A DNA stretch of 61,010 nucleotides from a virus (lineage: Duplodnaviria; Caudoviricetes), in IMG/VR virus record IMGVR_UViG_3300025725_000026, positions 1 through 61,010 of that record. One strand, 5' to 3'. Both the position numbers and the translations under genes were made by a program. This document shows positions 8,593 through 18,767 of this stretch, one piece after another (the first letter of the stretch is position 1; each line of letters opens with the position of its first letter). The notes beneath the pieces were generated by a model. It saw nothing but the letters and a program-made list of their open reading frames with translations, was not told the origin of the DNA and made no database searches.

Positions 8593-8851
8593 TGGCGAGA
8601 TCGATGTTTCAGTCACCAAAATAGAATTGGCACATGGCGTCAGCGCAGGAATTCTAGTCAGTACGCCCATCTCTGGCATCGTGTCTCTTTACGAAGAACA
8701 CACGGCGCGACTGGAACACGGGATTGGCCTAAAAACATGGTCAGAAATGGAAGTTGACGAGAAGGCCATGATCATCGCTTTGAGGCGAATTAACAACGCC
8801 GTAAAGAATTTGCAAGAAGAAGCGGCTATCGCTAAAACTCAAAAGGATTAG
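8555..8851 (+). CDS. Putative chaperone extension (T-like), +1 frame
   Basis: Overlaps the 3' end of the chaperone; no clear RBS. Confidence 0.5.
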   Translation: MPPMNFLKVTKYNGEIDVSVTKIELAHGVSAGILVSTPISGIVSLYEEHTARLEHGIGLKTWSEMEVDEKAMIIALRRINNAVKNLQEEAAIAKTQKD

Positions 8852-8855
8852 ATTA

Positions 8856-9374
8856 ATGGATCCTACCATCGAAGAACGCAAGCTGTTGAAGCGCGAGTAC
8901 GATAGGATTCGTTATATTAAAAACATAGAAGAGATAACCATAAGGCATAAAAAGTATAGAGATGAGGACGAACATAAAGTAAAAATGGCTGAATATGGCA
9001 AAGAGTGGGCAATCCTACATCCCGATGCTATAAAATTGAAACTAAAAAGATATTATGAGAGACACCCAGATAAAATAATGGAGAAAAATAAAAAGCGTTC
9101 TGCAAGTGGCAGGTTAAGAGAATGTCAAAGAAATAGTCACCTGAAGATTTTTTACGGGCTGTCCCTTGATAAGTACAACGAAATGTATGAAGCGCAAGAA
9201 GGAAAGTGCTTGATCTGTGGAGAGCATAAGGATAAATTAATGGTAGACCATGATCACAAAACAAATAAAGTTCGCGGTTTGCTTTGTACGCATTGCAATA
9301 CCGGAATTGGTTTTCTAAAAGACAACGTTAATAACCTAAAAAAGGCAATTGATTATTTAGAGAAAAGAGGATAA
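8856..9374 (+). CDS. Endonuclease VII-family homing endonuclease
   Basis: YGLSL..Y..MYEAQEGKCLICG..VDHDHKTNKVRGLLCTHCNTGIG. Confidence 0.92.
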   Translation: MDPTIEERKLLKREYDRIRYIKNIEEITIRHKKYRDEDEHKVKMAEYGKEWAILHPDAIKLKLKRYYERHPDKIMEKNKKRSASGRLRECQRNSHLKIFYGLSLDKYNEMYEAQEGKCLICGEHKDKLMVDHDHKTNKVRGLLCTHCNTGIGFLKDNVNNLKKAIDYLEKRG

Positions 9375-9376
9375 TT

Positions 9377-11464
9377 ATAGACCTTGTTGGAGTTGAAGCG
9401 GTAGTCGAAGGACTCTCGTCCTTCCTCGGCGATATTGGTCAGATCAATAGCGCGGTTGGTGGCATTAAGTCCAACTTTCTCAAATCCGACCTCGCCGGTG
9501 TAATAGATTCTGTTACCAATGCTTTCTCAAGTTTTGGTCGTGAAATACTGAATGTAGCAGAAACCGCCTTGGGGGTCATGTTGCGGGATGCTCTTGAATG
9601 GGCAATAAGAACTCTCGGAGATCTGGCCAAGGCCGCATTTGATGCGGGCGCAGAATTTCAGACGATCACTTTGCGCTTGCAAGGATTTAATATGCAGGTA
9701 CTTGTGGATGCCGGCGTTGCCTACACGGATGCCATGACGCAGGCTGTCGCTATCACAAAAGAACAAATGAGTTGGGTTATGGCGCTGGCTGCTACAACCC
9801 CGTATGATGCCACCGATATTGCATTTGTATTTAGCATGTCCGAGGCTTTCGGTTTTACGGCCGCAGAATCTAAGGTCTTGACCCAGAGCACACTCGACTT
9901 TGTAGCCGCCATGGGATTGACAGGTGTCGAGGCAAAGCGCGTGATTATCAACCTGGGGCAGATGGCCCAACGCGGCAAGATTACTACACGCGAAATGAAC
10001 GACCTTGCACGCGGTTCGTTGTTGCCACTCGCAGACGTGTTGGATCGTGTCTCATCAAAAATGGGTATAACGACAGCGGAATTAACCAAGTTGATCATGA
10101 TGCCTGGCGAGGGTGTCGATTACAAACTATTCATGGACGCCTTCAATGAAATGACATCGCAAGAAGTCCGCTTCCAAGATGCCGGCGTGCGCATGGCCCA
10201 TACATTCTCGGGTGCCTGGGAGAACGTAACTCAGACAGTCAGGGACGTGATCGGGGCCTTCATCATTCTCCCCGGTATGCTTGATCCGATTGGACAAAAA
10301 CTTGGCGACCTCATGGACGTAATTGGGTCGGATGCGAACTGGGGAAAGATGACCAGCGCTGCTCAATTCTTTGGTAGTGTTATGGGTGGCATAGTCACCG
10401 ATCTTCTTGATAAATTCTTCCCGAGCGCGCAAGGTATTGTCGACGGAATTTCCAGTGGACTTACTGGGCTTGGCATTTGGATGGCCAACCACAAAGAAGA
10501 TATCGTCGGTTTCTTTACGGATATAGGAAATACCATCAAGGAAGACATAATCCCCTGGATTACTGATAAATTAATTCCAGCCCTGACCAACATCTGGAAC
10601 TGGGTGATCAAAAGCGGACCCGATATTTTTGCATTTTTCAAAAGCATTTACGATATCATCGCGGATAATATTGTTCCGTGGGTGCAGAACAAACTCGTGC
10701 CGGCGTTCAACGAGATCAAAAATTGGGTTGAAAAGAACGGAGACAAAATCAAGGAATTTTTCAGCACCCTCGGCGACATTCTTTCCAAGGTTCTTGGCAA
10801 TCTACTTGGAGGAGAGGGCGGTAAGAGCGGCGGCGAAAGTGGAATCACGGCCATTCTAGACCACCTAGTACCCGTCATGCAATGGATCATAGATAACAAA
10901 GGCTCCATCGCCAGTTTCATTCAGGGGTGGATAACATTCTGGTTCTACATAGAGCTCTTGAAAATTTCCCTTTCAACGGTTTTTGGTATTTTGGGAGGAA
11001 TTTTCGCTTCCCCCGGCAGTAGTTCGGTATTGAGTCTTTGGATTTCTGGGTTCTTGTTCTTGGTTGTGTATGCTGCAGATACACTGGGTGTAGTATGGGA
11101 TTGGCTCCAGAAAATATCCGCCCTTGATATGAATTCGTGGCTTAACGCCTGGAAAGATGTGGCAACAAATCTTTTTAACAACATAGCAAAAGATGCTTGG
11201 AGTCTGTATAATGCTCTATTGGCACTCATCGGACTCGGTGGCGGGGGAGGTGGCGGTGGTGGCGGGGGAGGTGGCGGTGGTAAGGGCGGAACAGATTCCG
11301 GCTCGAATGCTATACAAGATAACGGAATCTCAAAGGGTTTGGCGTCTACAACGAATTCCAACACCAGCACAGTTACTATGAATTTGACCATAAACTCAGG
11401 TGCAAACAGCGAGAATCTGGCCGCAGACTTCAAGATGCTGAAATCTCTTGCGTCTATGATATAG
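9377..11464 (+). CDS. Tape measure protein (probable ATA start)
   Basis: LAATTPY, INLGQMAQRGK and Trp/Phe-periodic repeats; frame open 64 codons upstream of the called start, with AGAGG 6 nt before ATA 9377. Confidence 0.85.
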   Translation: MDLVGVEAVVEGLSSFLGDIGQINSAVGGIKSNFLKSDLAGVIDSVTNAFSSFGREILNVAETALGVMLRDALEWAIRTLGDLAKAAFDAGAEFQTITLRLQGFNMQVLVDAGVAYTDAMTQAVAITKEQMSWVMALAATTPYDATDIAFVFSMSEAFGFTAAESKVLTQSTLDFVAAMGLTGVEAKRVIINLGQMAQRGKITTREMNDLARGSLLPLADVLDRVSSKMGITTAELTKLIMMPGEGVDYKLFMDAFNEMTSQEVRFQDAGVRMAHTFSGAWENVTQTVRDVIGAFIILPGMLDPIGQKLGDLMDVIGSDANWGKMTSAAQFFGSVMGGIVTDLLDKFFPSAQGIVDGISSGLTGLGIWMANHKEDIVGFFTDIGNTIKEDIIPWITDKLIPALTNIWNWVIKSGPDIFAFFKSIYDIIADNIVPWVQNKLVPAFNEIKNWVEKNGDKIKEFFSTLGDILSKVLGNLLGGEGGKSGGESGITAILDHLVPVMQWIIDNKGSIASFIQGWITFWFYIELLKISLSTVFGILGGIFASPGSSSVLSLWISGFLFLVVYAADTLGVVWDWLQKISALDMNSWLNAWKDVATNLFNNIAKDAWSLYNALLALIGLGGGGGGGGGGGGGGGKGGTDSGSNAIQDNGISKGLASTTNSNTSTVTMNLTINSGANSENLAADFKMLKSLASMI

Positions 11465-11471
11465 GAGAGAC

Positions 11472-13976
11472 ATGGCTGCAAATTTGAAATTGTTAGTTCC
11501 AGAAGCTACGACCAATTATGTCAAAAACCCATCCATACGCTATGACACAACGGGTTGGAATGCGGTGGGTTCGGTCATAACACGTGTGCTCACCTTCGCA
11601 CTATTTGGCATTGCATCCCTGCAGATATCAACAAGCGGGTTGGCAATGGGCGAAGGCGCCTATTATCGAGTTAGTGATTTGGTAGGGATCTCCGAACCCA
11701 TTGCAGCCAGTATTTACGTCTGCGGTACTGGATCTGTCCATCTGCGCCTGATTGAGGGATTGGGGAAACAATGGGTATCACCTGCTGTCGCTCTCCGATC
11801 CGATCGCTGGACGCGTTTGGAAGTTTCTGGTTATTCAACCGGTTCAGATGACATGCGTTTATATGTCGAAACCGATGGCCCCGCCAAGGCGAGAGTTTTC
11901 TACGTGACGGCAGCCCAGATGGAGCGCAAGGCTTATTCAACTTCTTACTGTGACGGCGACCAACCTGGTTGCCGGTGGAACATCATGGATAGCGCCTCCA
12001 ACGCATCGCGCGACCCGTCTACTCGCCAGGGAGGAAGGTGGATTGATTTGGCTGGACCATGTAGAGAGGACGACAATATCTACGTCACAGTCATGGGTGG
12101 CATGGGCATGGCACCTTTGCAGAACAATATTCAATCCTGGGCGTTGTCGCCAGGTTCGTATTACCAGAACACCAAGATATTGGATCGCGTGATCACGTTC
12201 TCTTTCAATGTAAAGAGCCCAGGTTTGAGGATTGGCAACAGACCCAATATCAGCAAACTTCACGAACTTCGCCAGCAGTTGATCGACATCTTCAAACCCG
12301 ATGTAACTGGCGGCAACGAGCCATTTATAATGTCTTACCAGGAGGGCGCGCGCGAGATGTTTATACCCGTGCGGTACGAAGCCGGGTTGGAGGGTAGTTG
12401 GGATGTTCGCAATTCATGGGTAAATTCATTCCCAATACGGCTTTTGGCTATTGATCCAATGTTCTACGAAAACAACACCGTAGCGCAACAGTTAAATTTT
12501 AAGGACGAAAGTTTTGTTTCTTATATTTCCGCCAGAGTTGATGGCAAGTGGAATAATATGGCCGGAGGACTTAATGGCTTCCAAACAGCTATTGAACTGG
12601 GGAAGCGCGGAGAAATTATTGTTACAGGCGACTTTACCAAAGACTATCTGAATACTGTCAATTTGAATAGAATCACATATTGGGATGGTTTCAAGTGGAG
12701 TAGCACGTTTTTGGGAGCAGACGGACAAGTGCGAGACGCTGCAGTTGCTCCGAACGGAGATCTTTATGTAACAGGGGCATTCACACATATTGGAGTTGCG
12801 GCGATAAATCATGTGGCCCGATGGGATGGATCAATGTGGATTCCTTTGGGTTTGGGAGGTCTGGAGGGCATAAACGGAACCGGATATTCAATTGCCATCG
12901 ATCCAACTGGGAGGGTTTACGTGGGAGGCATTTTCACAACCGTCGCAGGTGGTGCATCCCTTCCCGCAAAGGGCATCGCTATGTTTGATGGCGCTTGGCA
13001 CGCAATTGGAGCAGGTGCGGGCGTAGACGGAGACGGAGGGGGTATAAACGGGCAAGGTGTTTTTTCAATAGATATCAGCAAAGATGGTAACTCAGTCTAT
13101 TTTGGCGGACAGTTTACAAAGAATAATGGGTCCGCGACAAATGACCTTGGATTTGTTGCGGAATATGACCCTTCAACTAATTTGATAACCGCACTAGGGG
13201 CCGGATTTGATAACTGGGTTTATGACATAGAACTTTCCCCCGCCGGCGTTTTGTATGCAGGTGGATTATTGCATACATCCGGAACAACGATACTGAATTG
13301 CATTGGGAAATGGAACGGTACTCAGTGGACTCCTCTAGGAGCCGGAGTTTCTTCCTTGGCGGGGACGTTTGTTCAAACCCTTGACATCAATTCAAAAGAA
13401 CAGGTAATTATCGCTGGAAATTTCTCCGTGGCTGGCGGAGTTCCGTCAGGGGGGGTGGCGCTATGGAACGGGTCTAGCTGGAATGCCCTAGATATAGCCT
13501 ACAACTATGGCGGAACCGTTCCCAGAGGATTGGATGTGAGGTTTAATGGAGACGATATATATGTTGGTTGGTATACGGCCGCTCCTCCCACAAACGATAC
13601 TCTATATTCTGCAATCAATACCGTCGTTAACCACGGGACCGCAGAAGTAAAACCAGTTATTTATATCTATGGACCCGGACATCTGCGGTGGATTGAGAAT
13701 CAAACTAATAATAAACGTATCTATCTCGATATGACCATACTGGACAACGAAGAGGTTTTCTTCGATTTCGGAAAGGGAAAGGTTTGGAGTTCGGTGCGTG
13801 GCGATTTGACCTACGCCATTCTTCCTGGTTCGGATTTTGCAGACTTCTCGTTGGTTCCTGGCGAAAATAAACTGGCAGTCTTTATGACTGATGACGTTAA
13901 TTCCGCCATGTATATCTATTACCATCCCCTTCACTGGTCGGCAGATTCAACTGTGAATGCAGGAGCGTTGCCTTGA
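11472..13976 (+). CDS. Distal tail-like protein with carbohydrate-binding and beta-propeller insertions
   Basis: Follows tape measure; TNYVKNPS N-terminus, repeated LYVGGxFT..ARWDG blades, C-terminal FSLVPGEN. Confidence 0.7.
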   Translation: MAANLKLLVPEATTNYVKNPSIRYDTTGWNAVGSVITRVLTFALFGIASLQISTSGLAMGEGAYYRVSDLVGISEPIAASIYVCGTGSVHLRLIEGLGKQWVSPAVALRSDRWTRLEVSGYSTGSDDMRLYVETDGPAKARVFYVTAAQMERKAYSTSYCDGDQPGCRWNIMDSASNASRDPSTRQGGRWIDLAGPCREDDNIYVTVMGGMGMAPLQNNIQSWALSPGSYYQNTKILDRVITFSFNVKSPGLRIGNRPNISKLHELRQQLIDIFKPDVTGGNEPFIMSYQEGAREMFIPVRYEAGLEGSWDVRNSWVNSFPIRLLAIDPMFYENNTVAQQLNFKDESFVSYISARVDGKWNNMAGGLNGFQTAIELGKRGEIIVTGDFTKDYLNTVNLNRITYWDGFKWSSTFLGADGQVRDAAVAPNGDLYVTGAFTHIGVAAINHVARWDGSMWIPLGLGGLEGINGTGYSIAIDPTGRVYVGGIFTTVAGGASLPAKGIAMFDGAWHAIGAGAGVDGDGGGINGQGVFSIDISKDGNSVYFGGQFTKNNGSATNDLGFVAEYDPSTNLITALGAGFDNWVYDIELSPAGVLYAGGLLHTSGTTILNCIGKWNGTQWTPLGAGVSSLAGTFVQTLDINSKEQVIIAGNFSVAGGVPSGGVALWNGSSWNALDIAYNYGGTVPRGLDVRFNGDDIYVGWYTAAPPTNDTLYSAINTVVNHGTAEVKPVIYIYGPGHLRWIENQTNNKRIYLDMTILDNEEVFFDFGKGKVWSSVRGDLTYAILPGSDFADFSLVPGENKLAVFMTDDVNSAMYIYYHPLHWSADSTVNAGALP

Positions 13977-15085
13977 GCGCTTCCTACGAATTCTGGCTCT
14001 GCGACGATAGCGGCAGGAGAATAACTCTCCTGCCGAATATTTCGTTCGCCAGTTTCTCGAGAACCACTCGAGGATTAGGCACCATCATGCTAGGACTTCC
14101 GCTTGATTCGTACTTATCCTACGTCCCGATTATCTTCCAACCAGATATGCGCATCGATTGTTGGCGTAGTCCGGAATACGGATATCCAAAAAGGCGAGAG
14201 GGTTCGTTCTTTCTCCGCAAGTACAATGTTTACGATCGCGCCGACGATGGCGTAAGGATGATCGACTTTTACGGCCGCTCGCCCCTCGATATTCTCCGGC
14301 GCTGGTGCGTGATCGGTGCAGTTGCATCCAGATATACAAAGACCGACTGCATAGACAACATAATGAAGGCCGTCGTAACCGACAGTTTCATAACGGACGC
14401 CGAAGTAGTTCCACTCGGAGAATTTAGCGTTGACGGGAATCTGAGTCTCGGTCCTTCAATCACCCAGTCTTTCCAAGGAAAAAATATCAGGGATATTTTG
14501 GACGATCTAAAAGCGACCTCGTTCAACATGAATGCAACGCTGGCCACCAATCGCAGGATATTCTTCGATGTTGTCGAAGGCCCCGGACTGACCAATGGAT
14601 TTGGGTACATCTTCCGAACCTATGCGGACCTGCGCGGCATAGACAGGACGAAGGGGATTGTGTTTTCTGCAGAGAACGGGAACCTGAAAAGAACCAGCTA
14701 CTACGAGGACTATCTAGACGAGATCACCATCGCCCAAGTCGGTGCGATAACCGTCAATGGCGTGGACACAAATCTTTCCAGATGGAATAACATCTTGCGG
14801 TACCAGGGATCGTCGTCATCGGTGGCGGGAGCAGATACGGCTAAAGCAAATGAGTTACTTTACACACTTGGCAAGAAGTTCTCGCTGACCGCCAGTTTCT
14901 TGAGCACACCAGGATCGCCTTCCCAGCCACGCTCGCTCTACGGAGTGGATTGGGATCTCGGCGATCTCTTGCCCGTTCAGTTCGCAGGGAAGAATATGAC
15001 AGCCGAGGTGGAGATCGTCTGGATATCCATCGACGAAAACGGCAAGGAAAACATAGTCGGATCCAACCAGGTAGGTTTACAATGA
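13973..15085 (+). CDS. Minor tail/baseplate hub protein (ReqiPepy6 Gp37-like)
   Basis: VFSAENGNL and YGVDWDLGDL motifs; synteny. Confidence 0.7.
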   Translation: MSASYEFWLCDDSGRRITLLPNISFASFSRTTRGLGTIMLGLPLDSYLSYVPIIFQPDMRIDCWRSPEYGYPKRREGSFFLRKYNVYDRADDGVRMIDFYGRSPLDILRRWCVIGAVASRYTKTDCIDNIMKAVVTDSFITDAEVVPLGEFSVDGNLSLGPSITQSFQGKNIRDILDDLKATSFNMNATLATNRRIFFDVVEGPGLTNGFGYIFRTYADLRGIDRTKGIVFSAENGNLKRTSYYEDYLDEITIAQVGAITVNGVDTNLSRWNNILRYQGSSSSVAGADTAKANELLYTLGKKFSLTASFLSTPGSPSQPRSLYGVDWDLGDLLPVQFAGKNMTAEVEIVWISIDENGKENIVGSNQVGLQ

Positions 15086-15714
15086 TGCAAGATGATTTTT
15101 TGAGAGACGGGGCTTTTACCGAAATCGCGAGGCGTTTGAATGCTCTCGAGAAGTTTATGCGCGATACCAATTCATCAGACGTTCTAACGTGGCTGGCTAC
15201 TCTAAATTTGTATTTCTCTGGTGGCAACGTCGGCATCGGCACGAATCCAACTATCGGGAAACTGCATGTTGCTCTAATTGCCGACACTACAGTTGCGTAT
15301 TTTGATAACATAAAAAACAACGGGGGGTCCTCTGATGTTGTCAAGATATACGATGAACGTGGGTATGCAGGAGTAAATTCAGGCAACTCTTTAGCAGTGC
15401 GGGCATGGAACACGGGAGATGACACAGGAAATTTGCTTTATCTGGCATGGTTTGATGGAGCCGATCATCCGGTACTGGTAGCGAAAATGTCCGGCAACGT
15501 CGGCATCGGGACGACGACCGTTCCTTCAAAGCTCACGGTCGCAGGTTTGATAAACATGAAGAACTATACTGTGGCTACCTTGCCCGCAGGTACACAAGGA
15601 GATATTTGTTATGTGACCGACGCTCTTGCCCCAGCATTTCTCGCAATTATTGTGGGTGGTGGGACAGTGAAATCACCCGTATTCCATAACGGCACGAATT
15701 GGGTAGGGTTCTAA
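15082..15714 (+). CDS. Tail fibre-like protein
   Basis: Two GNVGIGT repeats, YTVATLP..G and FHNGTNW; ATGA coupling. Confidence 0.65.
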   Translation: MMQDDFLRDGAFTEIARRLNALEKFMRDTNSSDVLTWLATLNLYFSGGNVGIGTNPTIGKLHVALIADTTVAYFDNIKNNGGSSDVVKIYDERGYAGVNSGNSLAVRAWNTGDDTGNLLYLAWFDGADHPVLVAKMSGNVGIGTTTVPSKLTVAGLINMKNYTVATLPAGTQGDICYVTDALAPAFLAIIVGGGTVKSPVFHNGTNWVGF

Positions 15715-15781
15715 AAATAATACATTAAAGTTTGTTTGATATAATTACATTGTTCAGATACTAAGAACACAGGAGCGCAGT

Positions 15782-16192
15782 ATGGATGAAATATTGGAGC
15801 CAAGTGCAATGGTACTGCTTGTAAAGATCGCATCGCGGTTAGACATGATAGAAAAAACCACGTCGAGTTTAGATCGTTCAGTCAACGGTAATGGTAAACC
15901 CGGTTTGGTTGATGACCATCGTCATCTTCAACACTTGGTGGAGAGTCATCTGGAGCAAGCAAGGCAGGACACGGAGGCAAGGTCACTACTGGCTACTGAG
16001 ACAAAGGCCGCGAAAGACCTGCTGGCGTCAGAAACTAAAACTGCATTGACCGAATTAGCTACTGCAGCCGCAGAAAAGAAAGAAAAAATGTCGGCTCGAA
16101 CTTGGGCGGTGGTGATGGCGGCGATAGTTGCGGCACTTGGCATAATAGGTGGACAAGTCGCCATCTACCTGCAACTGCTGAGAACGCCGTAA
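15782..16192 (+). CDS. Coiled-coil protein with C-terminal TM helix (lysis region)
   Basis: NGNGKPGL motif, C-terminal hydrophobic helix, AGGAG RBS. Confidence 0.55.
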   Translation: MDEILEPSAMVLLVKIASRLDMIEKTTSSLDRSVNGNGKPGLVDDHRHLQHLVESHLEQARQDTEARSLLATETKAAKDLLASETKTALTELATAAAEKKEKMSARTWAVVMAAIVAALGIIGGQVAIYLQLLRTP

Positions 16193-16265
16193 TCATTCAA
16201 TAATGGTATAATATTTTTGCTTCGTTAGAGCGTGTCTATATCCATCCATTCAAAGGAGAAAACTT

Positions 16266-16418
16266 ATGTTAGGTAAAAGCTGGGCGATCATACTACTGGC
16301 ATTCCTGTTAATCATCTGGGGTGCCGCAATTCTGTTGGACCTGTCTTTCAGGGGTATTGGTATCGTAGAGGGTGTCCTGGCAATCCTGTCTGGCATCTTC
16401 TTTCTGATTGGGAAGTAA
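16266..16418 (+). CDS. 50-aa two-TM membrane protein (not in ORF track)
   Basis: AAGGAG RBS; MLGKSWAIILLAFLLIIWGAAILLDLSFRGIGIVEGVLAILSGIFFLIGK. Confidence 0.7.
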   Translation: MLGKSWAIILLAFLLIIWGAAILLDLSFRGIGIVEGVLAILSGIFFLIGK

Positions 16419-16484
16419 AGGAGATAGATATGACTAGAGGGGTGCTCCCGGTACTGCCCCAGATAAACGCTCCGGGAGGGCGGA

Positions 16485-16958
16485 ATGAAAACTAAAGAAG
16501 AAAGAAACGCCAATAGCAGAAAATGGAACAAAGAACACCCTGAAAGAGTAAAGGCTAATAGTGAAAAATATATAGCCGCTCACCCCGAAGAAGTAAAGGC
16601 CCGCACCAAAAAATGGGGTGCAGAACATCGTGACCAAAGGAACGCGGCGGCGAGAATAAATAGACGTCTTCGCCGCAAAGAGATAAAAGAGGCTCGACTA
16701 GCAATACGACGAATGGCGCTTGAACATTATGGCGGTAAGTGTGAGTGTTGCGGAGAAACCAGGTATGAATTTTTAGCCTTTGACCACATCAATGGCGGAG
16801 GCTATAAGCACAGAAAAGAGATTAAAAATAGATCGATGGCAGCGTGGTTAAAAATGAATAATTACCCCGAAGGATATCAAATTCTCTGTCACAACTGTAA
16901 TCAATCCAAGGGCCTTTACGGATACTGTCCACACCAAAAGGAGATTGTTAATGCTTAG
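16485..16958 (+). CDS. Free-standing HNH endonuclease
   Basis: HYGGKCECCGE..FLAFDHINGGG..YQILCHNCN. Confidence 0.88.
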   Translation: MKTKEERNANSRKWNKEHPERVKANSEKYIAAHPEEVKARTKKWGAEHRDQRNAAARINRRLRRKEIKEARLAIRRMALEHYGGKCECCGETRYEFLAFDHINGGGYKHRKEIKNRSMAAWLKMNNYPEGYQILCHNCNQSKGLYGYCPHQKEIVNA

Positions 16959-17259
16959 TCAATTGTTTCACTCAAGGAAATTCCTCATCATGTTGGTAGA
17001 TGTAGTAATCTCGTCTATCACATACTTCATCGGGCAGTACGTTTCCCCAGAAGTAGGCAAAAACATCATTTGGCTAATCGGGAGCTGGCAACCCGTAATC
17101 TATGCGGTTATTCAGGGCATAGCCCATGAAGACGCTGCGGTTACTGCGGCTATGGCAACCGAGAATGCCGCTGCGATTACTGTTGGCGCGCCTTCTAGCG
17201 TTCCCCCAGTAACCGATGTACCGGTTGCAAAACAAGAAATACCCCAGGCTGGGGGATAG
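16951..17259 (+). CDS. Holin-like protein
   Basis: LFHSRKFL N-terminus, two hydrophobic segments, GIAHED; AAGGAG RBS. Confidence 0.55.
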   Translation: MLSQLFHSRKFLIMLVDVVISSITYFIGQYVSPEVGKNIIWLIGSWQPVIYAVIQGIAHEDAAVTAAMATENAAAITVGAPSSVPPVTDVPVAKQEIPQAGG

Positions 17260-17289
17260 ATAAGAGAAACCCTGATGGGTTTTGAATGA

Positions 17290-17320
17290 AAAAGAGCCGG
17301 TCTAAACGATCGGCTCTTTT
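17290..17320. terminator. Bidirectional intrinsic terminator
   Basis: AAAAGAGCCGGTC-taaac-GATCGGCTCTTTT between convergent operons. Confidence 0.75.
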
Positions 17321-17613
17321 ATTTCTTCCCGGTTCTCGAACATCTTTCTCAGTGCTTTGTCGGAGTAGTCGATCAGGCCCTTGATCCTGCGGTGCGATCG
17401 CCTCTCGCCAATTGGACGTTTACAAAACGGGCAAGTCTTAGGAAGTCCAAGCGCATGTCTTTTGTCTTCCCGCTTCGGGAACACACCTTCCTGAATGCGC
17501 TGGATATCGCCATGGGTGACTGGCTTTCCATAATGTTTTGCGATTTTGCGCAAACTCATTTTAGCCGTTTTCATGCGCCCCACGTCCGTAAGTACATCTT
17601 TCTCACTTTTCAT
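17302..17613 (-). CDS. Hypothetical DNA-binding protein
   Basis: SLRKIAKHY HTH-like segment and CPFC. Confidence 0.5.
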   Translation of the reverse strand: MKSEKDVLTDVGRMKTAKMSLRKIAKHYGKPVTHGDIQRIQEGVFPKREDKRHALGLPKTCPFCKRPIGERRSHRRIKGLIDYSDKALRKMFENREEIKEPIV

Positions 17614-17776
17614 ACTGTACGCCTTTTGTACACGCTCCTGATGGCGATTCTGGGACACTGGCTACAATTTGTCCATCGCCTGTCACCTTGATTTCTTGGT
17701 CCCACAGTGGTTTCTCTGGATCGCAGATAATTTCGATTTGAACGCCGTCTTCGAATAAGATTGTTTTCAGTAGCAT
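17603..17776 (-). CDS. 57-aa hypothetical protein (not in ORF track)
   Basis: MLLKTILFEDGVQIEII.. fills the gap after primase. Confidence 0.5.
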   Translation of the reverse strand: MLLKTILFEDGVQIEIICDPEKPLWDQEIKVTGDGQIVASVPESPSGACTKGVQYEK

Positions 17777-17783
17777 TTATGCC

Positions 17784-18752
17784 TCACATCTTTCTGGCTT
17801 GGTTCAACAATGATGTCATCCAGGTTTTGCCAAGTCCGTTGTCGAGGATGGTATCGTCCAATTTTCTAGTCATGCGGATAATGCGAGTACGACTGGTTCC
17901 GATCTCTTTCGCCAATTCCATTGGGTTGGCGTCTGGATCTAGGCAGAGATAAACAGGGTCGCAGTCTTTCAATTTTTCAAGAAGTCTGGGCGATGGGTTC
18001 TTGCCTGGCAACCCAACCACTTGAAGACTTGGGTCATCGGCGGTGATCCATGCGACAGCGGCCTTCTTCTCGCCCTCGCAAACGAGTGTCTTGTTGGCAA
18101 CCGGTTTCCCAGGATCTGCTATAAATATGGGCGCTGGCAATCCGGCTTTATATGGTCGATATTTATCTCCGGTCTTTGGGGGGTTGACTAATCGCATGCG
18201 GACATTGATGCAATCCCAGCCAACGTCGAAGATCGGGATGGTCATTGCCGGCGTGTGGTGTTCTCCGCAGGTATAGTCTGGAATGAAGCCCAGTTTCCAG
18301 AAATTCTGAAAAAAATCAGGGATGCCGGCGTGCTCCCACCAGCGATGCGAGAAATCTGTCTGATCGGCATTGAACTTCTCCCAGCACCGCGATGTCTGCA
18401 GTTCGAACAAAACAGCCTCGGCGCGCTCGATATCTTTTTGTAGGTCTTCCTGAACGTGCTTGGCATACGCAACTTTACGTTCGAGTTCTGCGGCGGGATC
18501 TACTTGTTGGCCTTTCAGTACATCCGATAGCGATTGTTTATTGGCATAACTAATCGCGTCAAAGACATCTCCGTGAGCGTCGCACCCAAAGCATTTGTAC
18601 CCATCCTTATAAACGTGAAAAGATGGCGTCGAGTCTTCATGAAAGGGGCACTTCCATACCCAACTCTTAGATGTCCTACCCGCTGGTTTCCCCATCCATT
18701 TTTCAACTTCGTCTCTACAGTCGTAATTTTCCCTCGCGGCCTTGATGTCCAT
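17784..18752 (-). CDS. DNA primase (CHC2 zinc finger + TOPRIM)
   Basis: CPFHEDSTPSF..CFGC, VCEGEKKA, LCLDPD. Confidence 0.88.
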   Translation of the reverse strand: MDIKAARENYDCRDEVEKWMGKPAGRTSKSWVWKCPFHEDSTPSFHVYKDGYKCFGCDAHGDVFDAISYANKQSLSDVLKGQQVDPAAELERKVAYAKHVQEDLQKDIERAEAVLFELQTSRCWEKFNADQTDFSHRWWEHAGIPDFFQNFWKLGFIPDYTCGEHHTPAMTIPIFDVGWDCINVRMRLVNPPKTGDKYRPYKAGLPAPIFIADPGKPVANKTLVCEGEKKAAVAWITADDPSLQVVGLPGKNPSPRLLEKLKDCDPVYLCLDPDANPMELAKEIGTSRTRIIRMTRKLDDTILDNGLGKTWMTSLLNQARKM

Positions 18753-18767
18753 CCTCGACCCTCCAAA

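Noticed and set aside
11237-11290. GGN repeat as a regulatory or CRISPR-like repeat
   Set aside because: Encodes a poly-Gly linker in the tape measure; no repeat-spacer array seen anywhere in the window
11472-15714. Diversity-generating retroelement or invertible tail-fibre cassette
   Set aside because: No reverse transcriptase, template/variable repeat pair or adjacent invertase seen
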